Shown here: positions 1 through 6,711 of the stretch, in pieces | How positions within the stretch are numbered: the first letter of the stretch is position 1 | Layout of the letters: each line of letters opens with the position of its first letter | Assembly: GCA_964651995.1 (NCBI GenBank) | Contig: CAZYZZ010000009.1 | Location: 1 to 20,307 of the forward strand | Source: Candidatus Micrarchaeota archaeon | Lineage (GTDB): Archaea; Micrarchaeota; Micrarchaeia; Anstonellales; Bilamarchaeaceae | Reading direction: 5' to 3' | DNA length: 20,307 nt | Program-made: the position numbers and the translations under genes | Notes under the pieces: generated by a model | Told to the model about the DNA's origin: nothing | What the model saw: only the letters and a program-made list of their open reading frames with translations | The model's database searches: none

Positions 1-384
1 ATCTTCATGATGCAAATCCCGTCTCGTACATATATTCTTCTCTTTCATTAATTTCCTTGCAAGCTCAACAATATCCTCATCCTTCATCCCTTTCCATAAT
101 CTTGCCTTTTTTTGTTTTTTTCCAAATCCAACTTCTCCAAACAATTCTCTTTCATTCAAAACAAGATGTAATCCCCGGTCATTTTTTTTCAAATCATTTC
201 TTCTATTTATCCCCTTTTTCCCTATCACTTCTCTTGCATACTCGACAATCTCCCTATCGCTCATTTTACTCCATAATCTTCTTCCAGAAGAATCTTTTGG
301 TACTCTAACCTGCAGGCCTTCGGCTAGGGGTTCTTTTTCAGAAGTCTTTGCTTCTGCAACTGGAGGCTTCTGCAGTCTTCTCAT
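1..384 (-). CDS. Partial CDS (C-terminus lies beyond the left window edge): repeat-module protein, tandem paralog of 391..696
   Basis: Absent from the supplied ORF track because it runs off the edge. Manual minus-strand translation from ATG 382-384 stays open to position 1: MRRLQKPPVAEAKTSEKEPLAEGLQVRVPKDSSGRRLWSKMSDREIVEYAREVIGKKGINRRNDLKKNDRGLHLVLNERELFGEVGFGKKQKKARLWKGMKDEDIVELARKLMKEKNICTRRDLHHED... The N-terminus (MRR..EPLAEG) and the MSD[ER][ED]I...EVGF module align with the neighbouring ORF 391..696. Confidence 0.6.
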   Translation of the reverse strand, partial: MRRLQKPPVAEAKTSEKEPLAEGLQVRVPKDSSGRRLWSKMSDREIVEYAREVIGKKGINRRNDLKKNDRGLHLVLNERELFGEVGFGKKQKKARLWKGMKDEDIVELARKLMKEKNICTRRDLHHED

Positions 385-579
385 GGGATTCTAAGCCCCT
401 TCTTCTTTCACTGGCTTGTTCTCCTTTGCTTTATCTTCGAATCCTACTTCGGAAACCAGCCCCCTTCTTTTCACAGCCTCATATACTATGGGATTGTATT
501 TGCGCAATTCTGCCCGTGTGTGCAACCTTTTCTCTTTCATCACCTTTCTTGCAACACTAATGATGTCCTCATCGCTCAT
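1..579 (-). repeat. Three copies of a coding repeat module (47-aa core, about 59-aa period): copy A 439..579, copy B 124..264, copy C 1..87 (truncated by the window)
   Basis: Protein-level repeat M[SK]D[ER][ED]I[IV]..AR[KE][VL][MI].[EK]K.[IL]..R..L.K...... ..R.L..EVGF. Copies A and C also look similar at nucleotide level, e.g. ttctctttcatcacctttcttgcaacactaatgatgtcctcatc versus ttctctttcattaatttccttgcaagctcaacaatatcctcatc. Confidence 0.65.
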
Positions 580-696
580 GCTGCTCAGGAACATTGTCCT
601 CTTGGAAACAGGAGCATCATTTTGCGGTCCTTCACCAAGGGGTTCTCTGCTGCTTCTTGCTGGCTCTGTTCTTTTATCTTTAGGTATCTGTCTCAT
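391..696 (-). CDS. Small basic protein with one copy of the MSDEDI...EVGF helical module (possible HTH-like nucleic-acid-binding module); function unknown
   Basis: 101-aa ORF with ATG start. GAGGT sits about 8 nt upstream of the ATG on the minus strand. The module MSDEDIISVARKVMKEKRLHTRAELRKYNPIVYEAVKRRGLVSEVGF recurs twice in the downstream gene. The conserved paralogy supports real coding. Confidence 0.6.
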   Translation of the reverse strand: MRQIPKDKRTEPARSSREPLGEGPQNDAPVSKRTMFLSSMSDEDIISVARKVMKEKRLHTRAELRKYNPIVYEAVKRRGLVSEVGFEDKAKENKPVKEEGA

Positions 697-833
697 TCTG
701 GTCTACCTCATAAATTGCCATGATAATATGAAAACTACGACAAAACTAGTTAATTAAAGTTATTTCCGAATTTTATGCAAAACCTGAGTAAAACTAGCAG
801 ATATTCCTGTTATTGATTATCATGGCATTATGA

Positions 834-1295
834 TCAGTAGGTTTTTCCAAGTTTTCTTTTCCATTCCTTGAGAAGATCCATGCATTCTTCTCGCATGAAG
901 TCTCCCTTGATCTTAACCTTTGATCTGCCCTGTCTTTTCATCATCTGGCAGCTTATCGTAAGCTCTGAAAATCCAAGTTTCTTGACATCTGAAATATTTG
1001 TGCCATAGACGATTGCCCCGATCCTTGCCCAGTGGATTGCTGAAAAGCACATGGGGCAGGGCTCAGTAGTAGAATATATTGCGCAGCCAGAGAGGTCAAA
1101 AGTCCCCAGCTTTTTGCATGCCTTGCGGATTGCATTTATCTCAGCATGGTTTGTCGAATCATGCTTTTCCAAAACAGTGTTGTGTGCAACAGCGACAACT
1201 TTCCCGTTTTTCACAATGCATGCTCCAAACGGGGAATTCCCCTTTGAAAATCCCTTCCGGGCAACCTGAATTGCCTTTTCCATAAATTCCTTCAT
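834..1295 (-). CDS. CDA-fold zinc deaminase, guanine deaminase (GuaD)-like nucleoside/nucleobase deaminase
   Basis: Has the HAE...PCxxC signature (NHAEINAIRKACKKLG...TEPCPMCFSAIHWARIG). The N-terminal NSPFGACIVKNGK and the C-terminal Tyr (..GKTY) resemble Bacillus GuaD as I recall it. The start overlaps the stop of the upstream gene by 4 bp (ATGA at 1292-1295), so the two are probably co-transcribed. Confidence 0.8.
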   Translation of the reverse strand: MKEFMEKAIQVARKGFSKGNSPFGACIVKNGKVVAVAHNTVLEKHDSTNHAEINAIRKACKKLGTFDLSGCAIYSTTEPCPMCFSAIHWARIGAIVYGTNISDVKKLGFSELTISCQMMKRQGRSKVKIKGDFMREECMDLLKEWKRKLGKTY

Positions 1296-2125
1296 GCTCC
1301 AAGCACCATCCTAAGTATGTCCCGGATTCCAGGCGCAAAGCCCATGATCATCAGGACAATTGCAATGAAATATTTGTCTTCCTGGTCCATCTTCTCTCCC
1401 CGAAGAACATGTATTGCCGCAAATGCAATTGCGCATTTGACCAGATAGAACACAAAGAATGTTCCGCCGATATTCCCGATTGCAGCAGAAAACACATGCT
1501 GCTCAAAGTACTGGATTCCTGAAATATCCGAGAAAAAGTCTATCACGAAAAATGTTGCTGCACCATCAAGAGCCTGGCCTGCAACGACTGCTGAATATAT
1601 CTTGTCCTTGCAATACCTGTATGCAATATATGCTGGAATGGCTGCAAGTATGAATATGGGAAGGGAATAGACAAGGTACTCCATAAACGGAAGAAGCAAT
1701 AGGAAATGCGGAAGCCAGAGGGCAATACCGACCCATGCGAGTAGCTCCATCCTCTTTATCCTGTGCAATATGGCCATTGAAATAAACAGGAGCGCTGCAG
1801 TAACCAGGTATATGCCCGGGCTTACGGTAAGATAGCCGTATGCATAGATCCCGCTATCGAGCACCAATTGATGGATGGGCGAGACTGCCTGGAAAACATT
1901 ATTGTCAATTGCGTCTGTGAGGCTGCGAAGTGTTGAGCCCAGCAGGACAAATGCGAGTATGCTCTTGACAAAATTCTCATCTATTGCGATCTTTCCCTTG
2001 AGAATCCTGTTAATTATATAAACAGCTCCAATGGCAATTATCGCATATACAAGGGTATTTACCACATTATACCCTGTTTTATCCCAAATCGGATCAATAA
2101 AGTAATCTGTTATAATATTTTCCAT
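1292..2125 (-). CDS. Polytopic membrane protein, DUF63-like (archaeal family of unknown function)
   Basis: 277 aa with multiple hydrophobic helices. The N-terminal YFIDPIWDKTGYNVVNTLVYAI matches my recollection of archaeal DUF63 proteins. ATG start at 2125. Confidence 0.7.
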   Translation of the reverse strand: MENIITDYFIDPIWDKTGYNVVNTLVYAIIAIGAVYIINRILKGKIAIDENFVKSILAFVLLGSTLRSLTDAIDNNVFQAVSPIHQLVLDSGIYAYGYLTVSPGIYLVTAALLFISMAILHRIKRMELLAWVGIALWLPHFLLLLPFMEYLVYSLPIFILAAIPAYIAYRYCKDKIYSAVVAGQALDGAATFFVIDFFSDISGIQYFEQHVFSAAIGNIGGTFFVFYLVKCAIAFAAIHVLRGEKMDQEDKYFIAIVLMIMGFAPGIRDILRMVLGA

Positions 2126-2137
2126 CGTACCATCTGC

Positions 2138-2437
2138 ATGGACAATAGGCGCAAGAAGGTTATTAAATCGAGTGTCCGCTCTTCGATAACTGATTTGGTG
2201 CGCACAGCCCAGAAGACGTACGATCCCAAGAGCCCCGCACGCTCATCCAGATACGTCAAGATGGCACTGGATCTGATCAAAAAACACAAGGTGCGCCTTC
2301 CAAAAGAACTAAAAAACAGCTTTTGCAAGAAATGCTGCGTTGTCTGGATTCCTGGAAAGACAATAAATGTCACTTATGATAAGAAGAACGAATGCCTTCG
2401 TATAAAGTGCCAGTGCGGGCATTCAAAAAGGCTTTAA
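2138..2437 (+). CDS. rnp4: RNase P protein component 4 (Rpp21/Rpr2 family)
   Basis: 99 aa, basic. Helical N-terminus followed by a zinc ribbon FCKKCCVVWIPGKT...IKCQCGHSKR (CxxC...CxC), the typical archaeal Rpp21 layout. Confidence 0.8.
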   Translation: MDNRRKKVIKSSVRSSITDLVRTAQKTYDPKSPARSSRYVKMALDLIKKHKVRLPKELKNSFCKKCCVVWIPGKTINVTYDKKNECLRIKCQCGHSKRL

Positions 2438-2462
2438 ATAGCTCTTTGCACAAGGTTAGTTT

Positions 2463-3437
2463 ATGGATTGCCCTCAGATAAGGTCACATTTATCGAGCAT
2501 AGAGGAATTGATGCAAAATACTCTCAATGCAGAAGATGAGAGGATCTATGGCCTTCTTGCTCCTTATGTCATGCGCGGCGGAAAGAGAATCCGCCCGATG
2601 CTAGCTCTTCTCACATGCGGGGCAACCGGCGGCAAATATGAATCAGTCACCGAAGCTGCGGCAATCATCGAGCTCTTCCATAACTTCACTCTGATCCACG
2701 ACGATATCGAGGATGATTCGCAGTTCAGGCGCGGAAAGCCAACCCTTCACATTACTCACGGGCTTCCAATGGCACTGAATTCAGGCGATGCCCTCTACAC
2801 TCTGATCTGGAAAAAAATCGTTTCCCTTGATCTTGAGCCAAAAAAGCTCCTTGAGCTGCAGAGGCTCTATGCAAACGCATTCAAGAAAGTGGTTGACGGC
2901 CAGGGAATTGAAATCTCATGGATACAGTCGGATAAATTCGATGTCTCAGAGGAGGAGTATTTCCAGATGATCGGCGGCAAGACATCTGCGCTGATAGGGC
3001 TCTCATGCGAGCTTGGAGCATTGTTCGGAGGCAACAACAATCTGAATTTCAGGGAATTTGGTGAAAACATCGGAGCAGCATTCCAGATCCATGATGATGT
3101 CCTGAATGTAACCGGCGATTTTGAAAAATACCAAAAAGAGATAGGAGGGGACATATCCGAGGGAAAGCGAACCCTGATGGTTGTCCACTGCCTGAAGAAC
3201 GCATCTGAAGAGGACAAGGAAAGGCTTATCTCAATTCTCAGGAGCCATTCAAAGGACAAGAAAGAGATTGACGAGGCTATCTCTCTTCTAAGGAAACATG
3301 GCTCTGTCGACTATGCAAGGCAATATTCTATCAACCTGGTCAAGGAATCAAAAGCTGCAATTGAAAAGCTTCCTGATTCTCCTGACAAGCAGTCTTTGCT
3401 CTCTTTGGCCGATTATGTGATTAGTCGTGAATTATGA
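2463..3437 (+). CDS. idsA: Trans-isoprenyl diphosphate synthase, geranylgeranyl diphosphate synthase-like
   Basis: First Asp-rich motif LIHDDIEDDSQFRRGKPTLH, GGKRIRP near the N-terminus, and second motif FQIHDDVLNV (DDxxN rather than DDxxD). About 320 aa, typical of short-chain prenyl synthases. Confidence 0.85.
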   Translation: MDCPQIRSHLSSIEELMQNTLNAEDERIYGLLAPYVMRGGKRIRPMLALLTCGATGGKYESVTEAAAIIELFHNFTLIHDDIEDDSQFRRGKPTLHITHGLPMALNSGDALYTLIWKKIVSLDLEPKKLLELQRLYANAFKKVVDGQGIEISWIQSDKFDVSEEEYFQMIGGKTSALIGLSCELGALFGGNNNLNFREFGENIGAAFQIHDDVLNVTGDFEKYQKEIGGDISEGKRTLMVVHCLKNASEEDKERLISILRSHSKDKKEIDEAISLLRKHGSVDYARQYSINLVKESKAAIEKLPDSPDKQSLLSLADYVISREL

Positions 3438-3442
3438 AAAAG

Positions 3443-3452
3443 TATTTAAATA
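3443..3452 (+). promoter_or_regulatory. TATA-box-like element (TATTTAAATA) about 25 nt upstream of ATG 3473; suggests a leaderless or near-leaderless mRNA
   Basis: AT-rich TATA consensus in the 35-bp gap between the idsA stop and the next start. The same spacing recurs at several other genes in this window. Confidence 0.45.
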
Positions 3453-3472
3453 AGTTTAACTGATTCTATGTG

Positions 3473-5578
3473 ATGAACTCCCATAAAACCATTGTTACTC
3501 TACTATTATTGATCGGAATAGTATCTGCATTTAATCCAACAGATTATTTTTATTCTAGTGAATCTGGTATAACCATTTCCTATAATAATTTTACTCTGAA
3601 TTCTGTCGACTATTCAGTCGTTTCATTTGATGGGCAGGAAACATTCCTTCTCAAGGAAGGCGAGCCTGTTTCTGATAAAAATGAAATAGAGTCTGTCATG
3701 TATGACTACTACATGAGGGAGTACTACCCTTCTGATGAAGACATAGATGAGCTAGAATCCCTTGTCCAGAAATTCAATGACAGCAGAAACGATGGTTATG
3801 ACTGGAAGAACAAAGAGGAATATCTCTGCAGAAACGATGTTCTCTTTGCCAATGGGAAGATTACGGTTTCAGGAGAGCCTGTAACCTGTATTGATGAGGA
3901 GACATGCCAGCAGAATGCAATGCTTTTGTATGCTGCCTATGGAGAAGGCCTTGGACTTGGTTCTGTAGATCCGCTCTATGAGGCGATCTATGATTTTGCA
4001 CCATCCAGTTTTGCAATGGATGATATCCTGGGCAATTATTCTGCCAAGCTCAGCAGCCTGAATGAGGATTCTCTTCTTGATACGATCAGCTACATCGAAG
4101 GCACAACAGATGACCTTCGGGATTATTCAGGAGACATCGAATCAACCATCTTCAGAACTCCAAGAAGAGATGACCAGGAAGACAAGGATGACTGCTATCT
4201 CAAATGCTTTGCGATATGCCCCTCATTTGACCTTGACCAGGGTGCGATTACAGAGATAGAGGATGCTGTAAGCGCTCTCTCTACAAAAATCGAGCCATTA
4301 TCCGGCTACGAGGAAACATCATCCTCAATTTTCAACCAGTCAAGATCAAGGATCAATTATTCAACTACTGAATCTGCAGCATCAGAATACACTTCCAAAT
4401 ATGATTCCCTGAATTCTTCTGCCGAACTTGCAGTTTCCCTTGGAGATGAGGCAACCCTTCATGTTATAGATTCCACTCTTGAGCAGGACCTGGATGAGCT
4501 GAAGACACTGAAAGTCAGCATTCCAAATGACATTGAAGTTCGCGACTTTTCCACTACTGAAGGAGATCTTGATGACTATGAGGAGCTTATCGGAAAGGTC
4601 CACAATTCATCAACAGTGCTCCTTGACCAGTACAACAAAACCAGGAATTCAAAGAACATGCTAAATTCACTGATTCTTGTTCTTGATACCAAGGATCTTG
4701 ATCCTGTTTCACTGAGCAGCCTGGAGCTTCTAAAGAACGAGACTGATGATCTGGATGCGCAGTTCCATGATGGAATAACGCTTGAGGATCTTGTCTTGCT
4801 TGAAGAAGAATACGAGGAGCTGAATGCTGATGGGCAGATGCTTCTCAAAAAAGAGAGCACAATGCCAGCAACAAAGGTTCTCCTGCTCTTCCGCGGCTTT
4901 GCCAAAAACGTAAACCAGGGCATTGCAAGCGTTGCAGAAGATACTGATGTACTTTCCAAGGAGGAGATTTCTGAAAACCAGTACCTTGCCCTTGGAGGAT
5001 TCTCAACAATACTATTCCTTTCAATCGGCTCTCTGATGCTTCTGGCATTCCTCTACATCCTTGCAACCTCAAGATTCCTTATTCCAAAGACCAACCATAT
5101 TCTTGCAGCTGCATTTGTATCTGTGATTGTCCTTCTGCTTGGATTCAGTGCATTTACATTCCTGTTCATGAGCAAGACATCTTCAGATGCAACTCTAACT
5201 GAGTTCCTCACTGACTTTGAAGAGCGAAACGACACTGCAATTTTCGTTGACCTTCAGGAAACATCATACTCTGATGCTGTTGCAATGAACTCATGTGCAG
5301 GCAATCTTGCAAGTACATTCACAGACAAGAACAAGAGCTGGACACTCTACACCGTAGACTCATCAAAATGTGTTGTTACAGACTCAAATGGCCAGAACAA
5401 GTCGCTTACAGTAAGTGAATGCGAGGACCAGTATGTTGCAGAGCCATCATCATTTGAGCTTGGATATTCATCATCAAATGAACCTCCGAAATTCTCGATA
5501 ATTTATGAAAATAAAGCTAAGATCAGGGCAAACATGGATTATTATGATTCATGCCCGATAGCTTCTCTCTTCAGTTGA
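3473..5578 (+). CDS. Large acidic surface/membrane protein: N-terminal signal or anchor, ~480-aa acidic ectodomain, two TM helices, C-terminal 4-Cys domain; function unknown
   Basis: The track ORF starts at GTG 3470; ATG 3473 is more likely. Hydrophobic N-terminus TIVTLLLLIGIVSAF. Two TM segments (LALGGFSTILFLSIGSLMLLAFLYILA and ILAAAFVSVIVLLLGFSAFTFLFM). I count roughly a dozen N-x-S/T sequons. The C-terminal domain is paralogous to the ectodomain of the next gene. Confidence 0.75.
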   Translation: MNSHKTIVTLLLLIGIVSAFNPTDYFYSSESGITISYNNFTLNSVDYSVVSFDGQETFLLKEGEPVSDKNEIESVMYDYYMREYYPSDEDIDELESLVQKFNDSRNDGYDWKNKEEYLCRNDVLFANGKITVSGEPVTCIDEETCQQNAMLLYAAYGEGLGLGSVDPLYEAIYDFAPSSFAMDDILGNYSAKLSSLNEDSLLDTISYIEGTTDDLRDYSGDIESTIFRTPRRDDQEDKDDCYLKCFAICPSFDLDQGAITEIEDAVSALSTKIEPLSGYEETSSSIFNQSRSRINYSTTESAASEYTSKYDSLNSSAELAVSLGDEATLHVIDSTLEQDLDELKTLKVSIPNDIEVRDFSTTEGDLDDYEELIGKVHNSSTVLLDQYNKTRNSKNMLNSLILVLDTKDLDPVSLSSLELLKNETDDLDAQFHDGITLEDLVLLEEEYEELNADGQMLLKKESTMPATKVLLLFRGFAKNVNQGIASVAEDTDVLSKEEISENQYLALGGFSTILFLSIGSLMLLAFLYILATSRFLIPKTNHILAAAFVSVIVLLLGFSAFTFLFMSKTSSDATLTEFLTDFEERNDTAIFVDLQETSYSDAVAMNSCAGNLASTFTDKNKSWTLYTVDSSKCVVTDSNGQNKSLTVSECEDQYVAEPSSFELGYSSSNEPPKFSIIYENKAKIRANMDYYDSCPIASLFS

Positions 5579-5583
5579 TTTTC

Positions 5584-6201
5584 ATGGCAAAAAAGAAAAC
5601 AAGGAAGAAGAAAACAGCAAAGAAGAAAGAGCCGAAAAAGGCTCCGGAGCCTAAAGCTGTCAAAAAAGAAGTAGTCAATGAAAAGGAGCCTGCACTCCAG
5701 GAGCCTATGGAAAAAAAAGAGGATGCTCCTGAAAAGGGAACCGGCCTCAAGACAATTGTATTTGCAATACTGTTTGTTGCAGTTGCAACTCTTGCTGTTT
5801 ATGTTCTATTTATCCAGCCAACTGAAAAGTTTGTTCCAGGAACCGAAGTTGATTCAGAGACTTTTCTGCAGATTTTTGATTCTACTGAAAATGTCTATAT
5901 CTTCATGGATGTTCGCGGAGTTACTGATCCGGATGTCAAGCACAACATCCTTCAGTGCGGTGTTGACTTTGCAGCAAGCAGCGGCATGGGTCCAAAGAAT
6001 GCAACCTACTTCTCTCTGGGGGATGAAGGCTGCATAACTCCAAGAGGATCTTCAGAAGATTCCTATTGTTTCAATGAACTTAGAAAAGGAGTGGCGATCT
6101 ATATCCACGAAGGATCAGCAACTTCCTATCATAGCAATGGTATTGTGGTCGGAGTAGGCTCGGACTATTCACTGGGAACTTGCGGCATCCACAGGTCTTA
6201 G
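5584..6201 (+). CDS. Single-pass membrane protein: Lys-rich disordered N-terminal tail, TM helix, 4-Cys ectodomain paralogous to the C-terminus of the upstream protein
   Basis: The track ORF begins at ATG 5551 inside the upstream gene. ATG 5584 (MAKKKTRKKKTAKKKEPKK...), 5 nt after the upstream stop, is my preferred start, but this is uncertain. TM segment LKTIVFAILFVAVATLAVYVLFI. The positive-inside rule places the C-terminal Cys domain outside the cell. Confidence 0.65.
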   Translation: MAKKKTRKKKTAKKKEPKKAPEPKAVKKEVVNEKEPALQEPMEKKEDAPEKGTGLKTIVFAILFVAVATLAVYVLFIQPTEKFVPGTEVDSETFLQIFDSTENVYIFMDVRGVTDPDVKHNILQCGVDFAASSGMGPKNATYFSLGDEGCITPRGSSEDSYCFNELRKGVAIYIHEGSATSYHSNGIVVGVGSDYSLGTCGIHRS

Positions 6202-6678
6202 CCTGATGGATGTTTCAAAATTCCTGTTTCTTACTGCTTCTATATCAAGGTCAGTGTGATCGATTCTTGTCTCCTGGCCAAACATTACTGTCTGATAGCG
6301 CACCTGTCTGTCTTCCATAAAGAAGTCGAATTCCTGCTTTAGTACAATGCCGTGCGCGCCAATATCAGCAATGCTAACTTCCATTGTTGCGTTTTTTTCA
6401 GGCATGAATCTCATGATAAACAGTATGTCCCCGATGTTCACATCTACCTCGCATTCTGTTTTTCCTATGCATCTGTTGAACTTTCCGGAAATTACAGTGA
6501 GGCTTGTTATCTCCCCGTGTTTCTGGGCATCTGTTGCTTTTTGCAACTGCTCAACAATCGGCACTTGTGCTGGAAGAGGAGTCTGAGCCTGTCCGCATGA
6601 AGCGAGAAGTAGTCCGGTGAGAGCAGCTGCTGCGGCTTTTGGTGCTATGCGATTTCTTAATCTTTGTTTAGAAATCAT
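6169..6678 (-). CDS. Putative secreted lipoprotein (lipobox LLASC), function unknown
   Basis: N-terminus MISKQRLRNRIAPKAAAAALTGLLLAS-CGQ has a basic n-region, a hydrophobic core and an L-A-S-C lipobox. TTTATAA box lies 27 nt upstream of the ATG. The 3' end overlaps the convergent gene by 33 bp. Confidence 0.6.
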   Translation of the reverse strand: MISKQRLRNRIAPKAAAAALTGLLLASCGQAQTPLPAQVPIVEQLQKATDAQKHGEITSLTVISGKFNRCIGKTECEVDVNIGDILFIMRFMPEKNATMEVSIADIGAHGIVLKQEFDFFMEDRQVRYQTVMFGQETRIDHTDLDIEAVRNRNFETSIRLRPVDAASSQ

Positions 6679-6701
6679 AAGCTTACTGTGTATGTAAATG
6701 C

Positions 6702-6708
6702 TTATAAA
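6702..6708 (-). promoter_or_regulatory. TATA box (TTTATAA on the minus strand) 27 nt upstream of ATG 6678
   Basis: Sits in the 33-bp gap between the aRF1 stop and the lipoprotein start. The spacing fits a leaderless transcript. Confidence 0.45.
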
Positions 6709-6711
6709 TGG

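Noticed and set aside
391-393. In-frame TAG between the two repeat-module genes, considered as a possible recoded stop (pyrrolysine or read-through).
   Set aside because: The downstream ORF has its own Met-Arg N-terminus 6 nt after the TAG, colinear with the N-terminus of the upstream gene. Two tandem paralogous genes is therefore the simpler reading. TAG also terminates other well-defined genes here (glmS, the CA-like fusion). No pyl genes or PYLIS-like evidence are visible.
57-757. Plus-strand ORFs 57..308, 348..560, 416..757 and 520..723.
   Set aside because: Their translations are hydrophobic and low-complexity (FFVFF, LLLLL). The minus strand instead encodes a thrice-repeated conserved module with paralogous N-termini, so the minus-strand genes are the real ones.
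731-797. Three copies of AAAACTA (731-737, 743-749, 790-796), i.e. TAGTTTT on the minus strand, in the 137-bp intergenic region.
   Set aside because: This is a 7-bp AT-rich word in an AT-rich spacer. The copies are most simply explained as oligo-T termination tracts after the deaminase gene, or by chance. There is no extended repeat or symmetry.
3468-3476. GTGATGA resembling a C box of a C/D box sRNA.
   Set aside because: No matching CTGA D box at the expected ~50-70 nt distance and no terminal stem. The sequence is simply the GTG-ATG start region of the large membrane protein gene.
5551-5583. Upstream ATG 5551 as the start of the Lys-rich membrane protein (as in the ORF track).
   Set aside because: This start would overlap the upstream gene by 28 nt and add a non-descript MPDSFSLQLIF peptide. 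ATG 5584 gives a typical Lys-rich cytoplasmic N-terminus right after the upstream stop. It remains unproven, so the feature is reported with moderate confidence.
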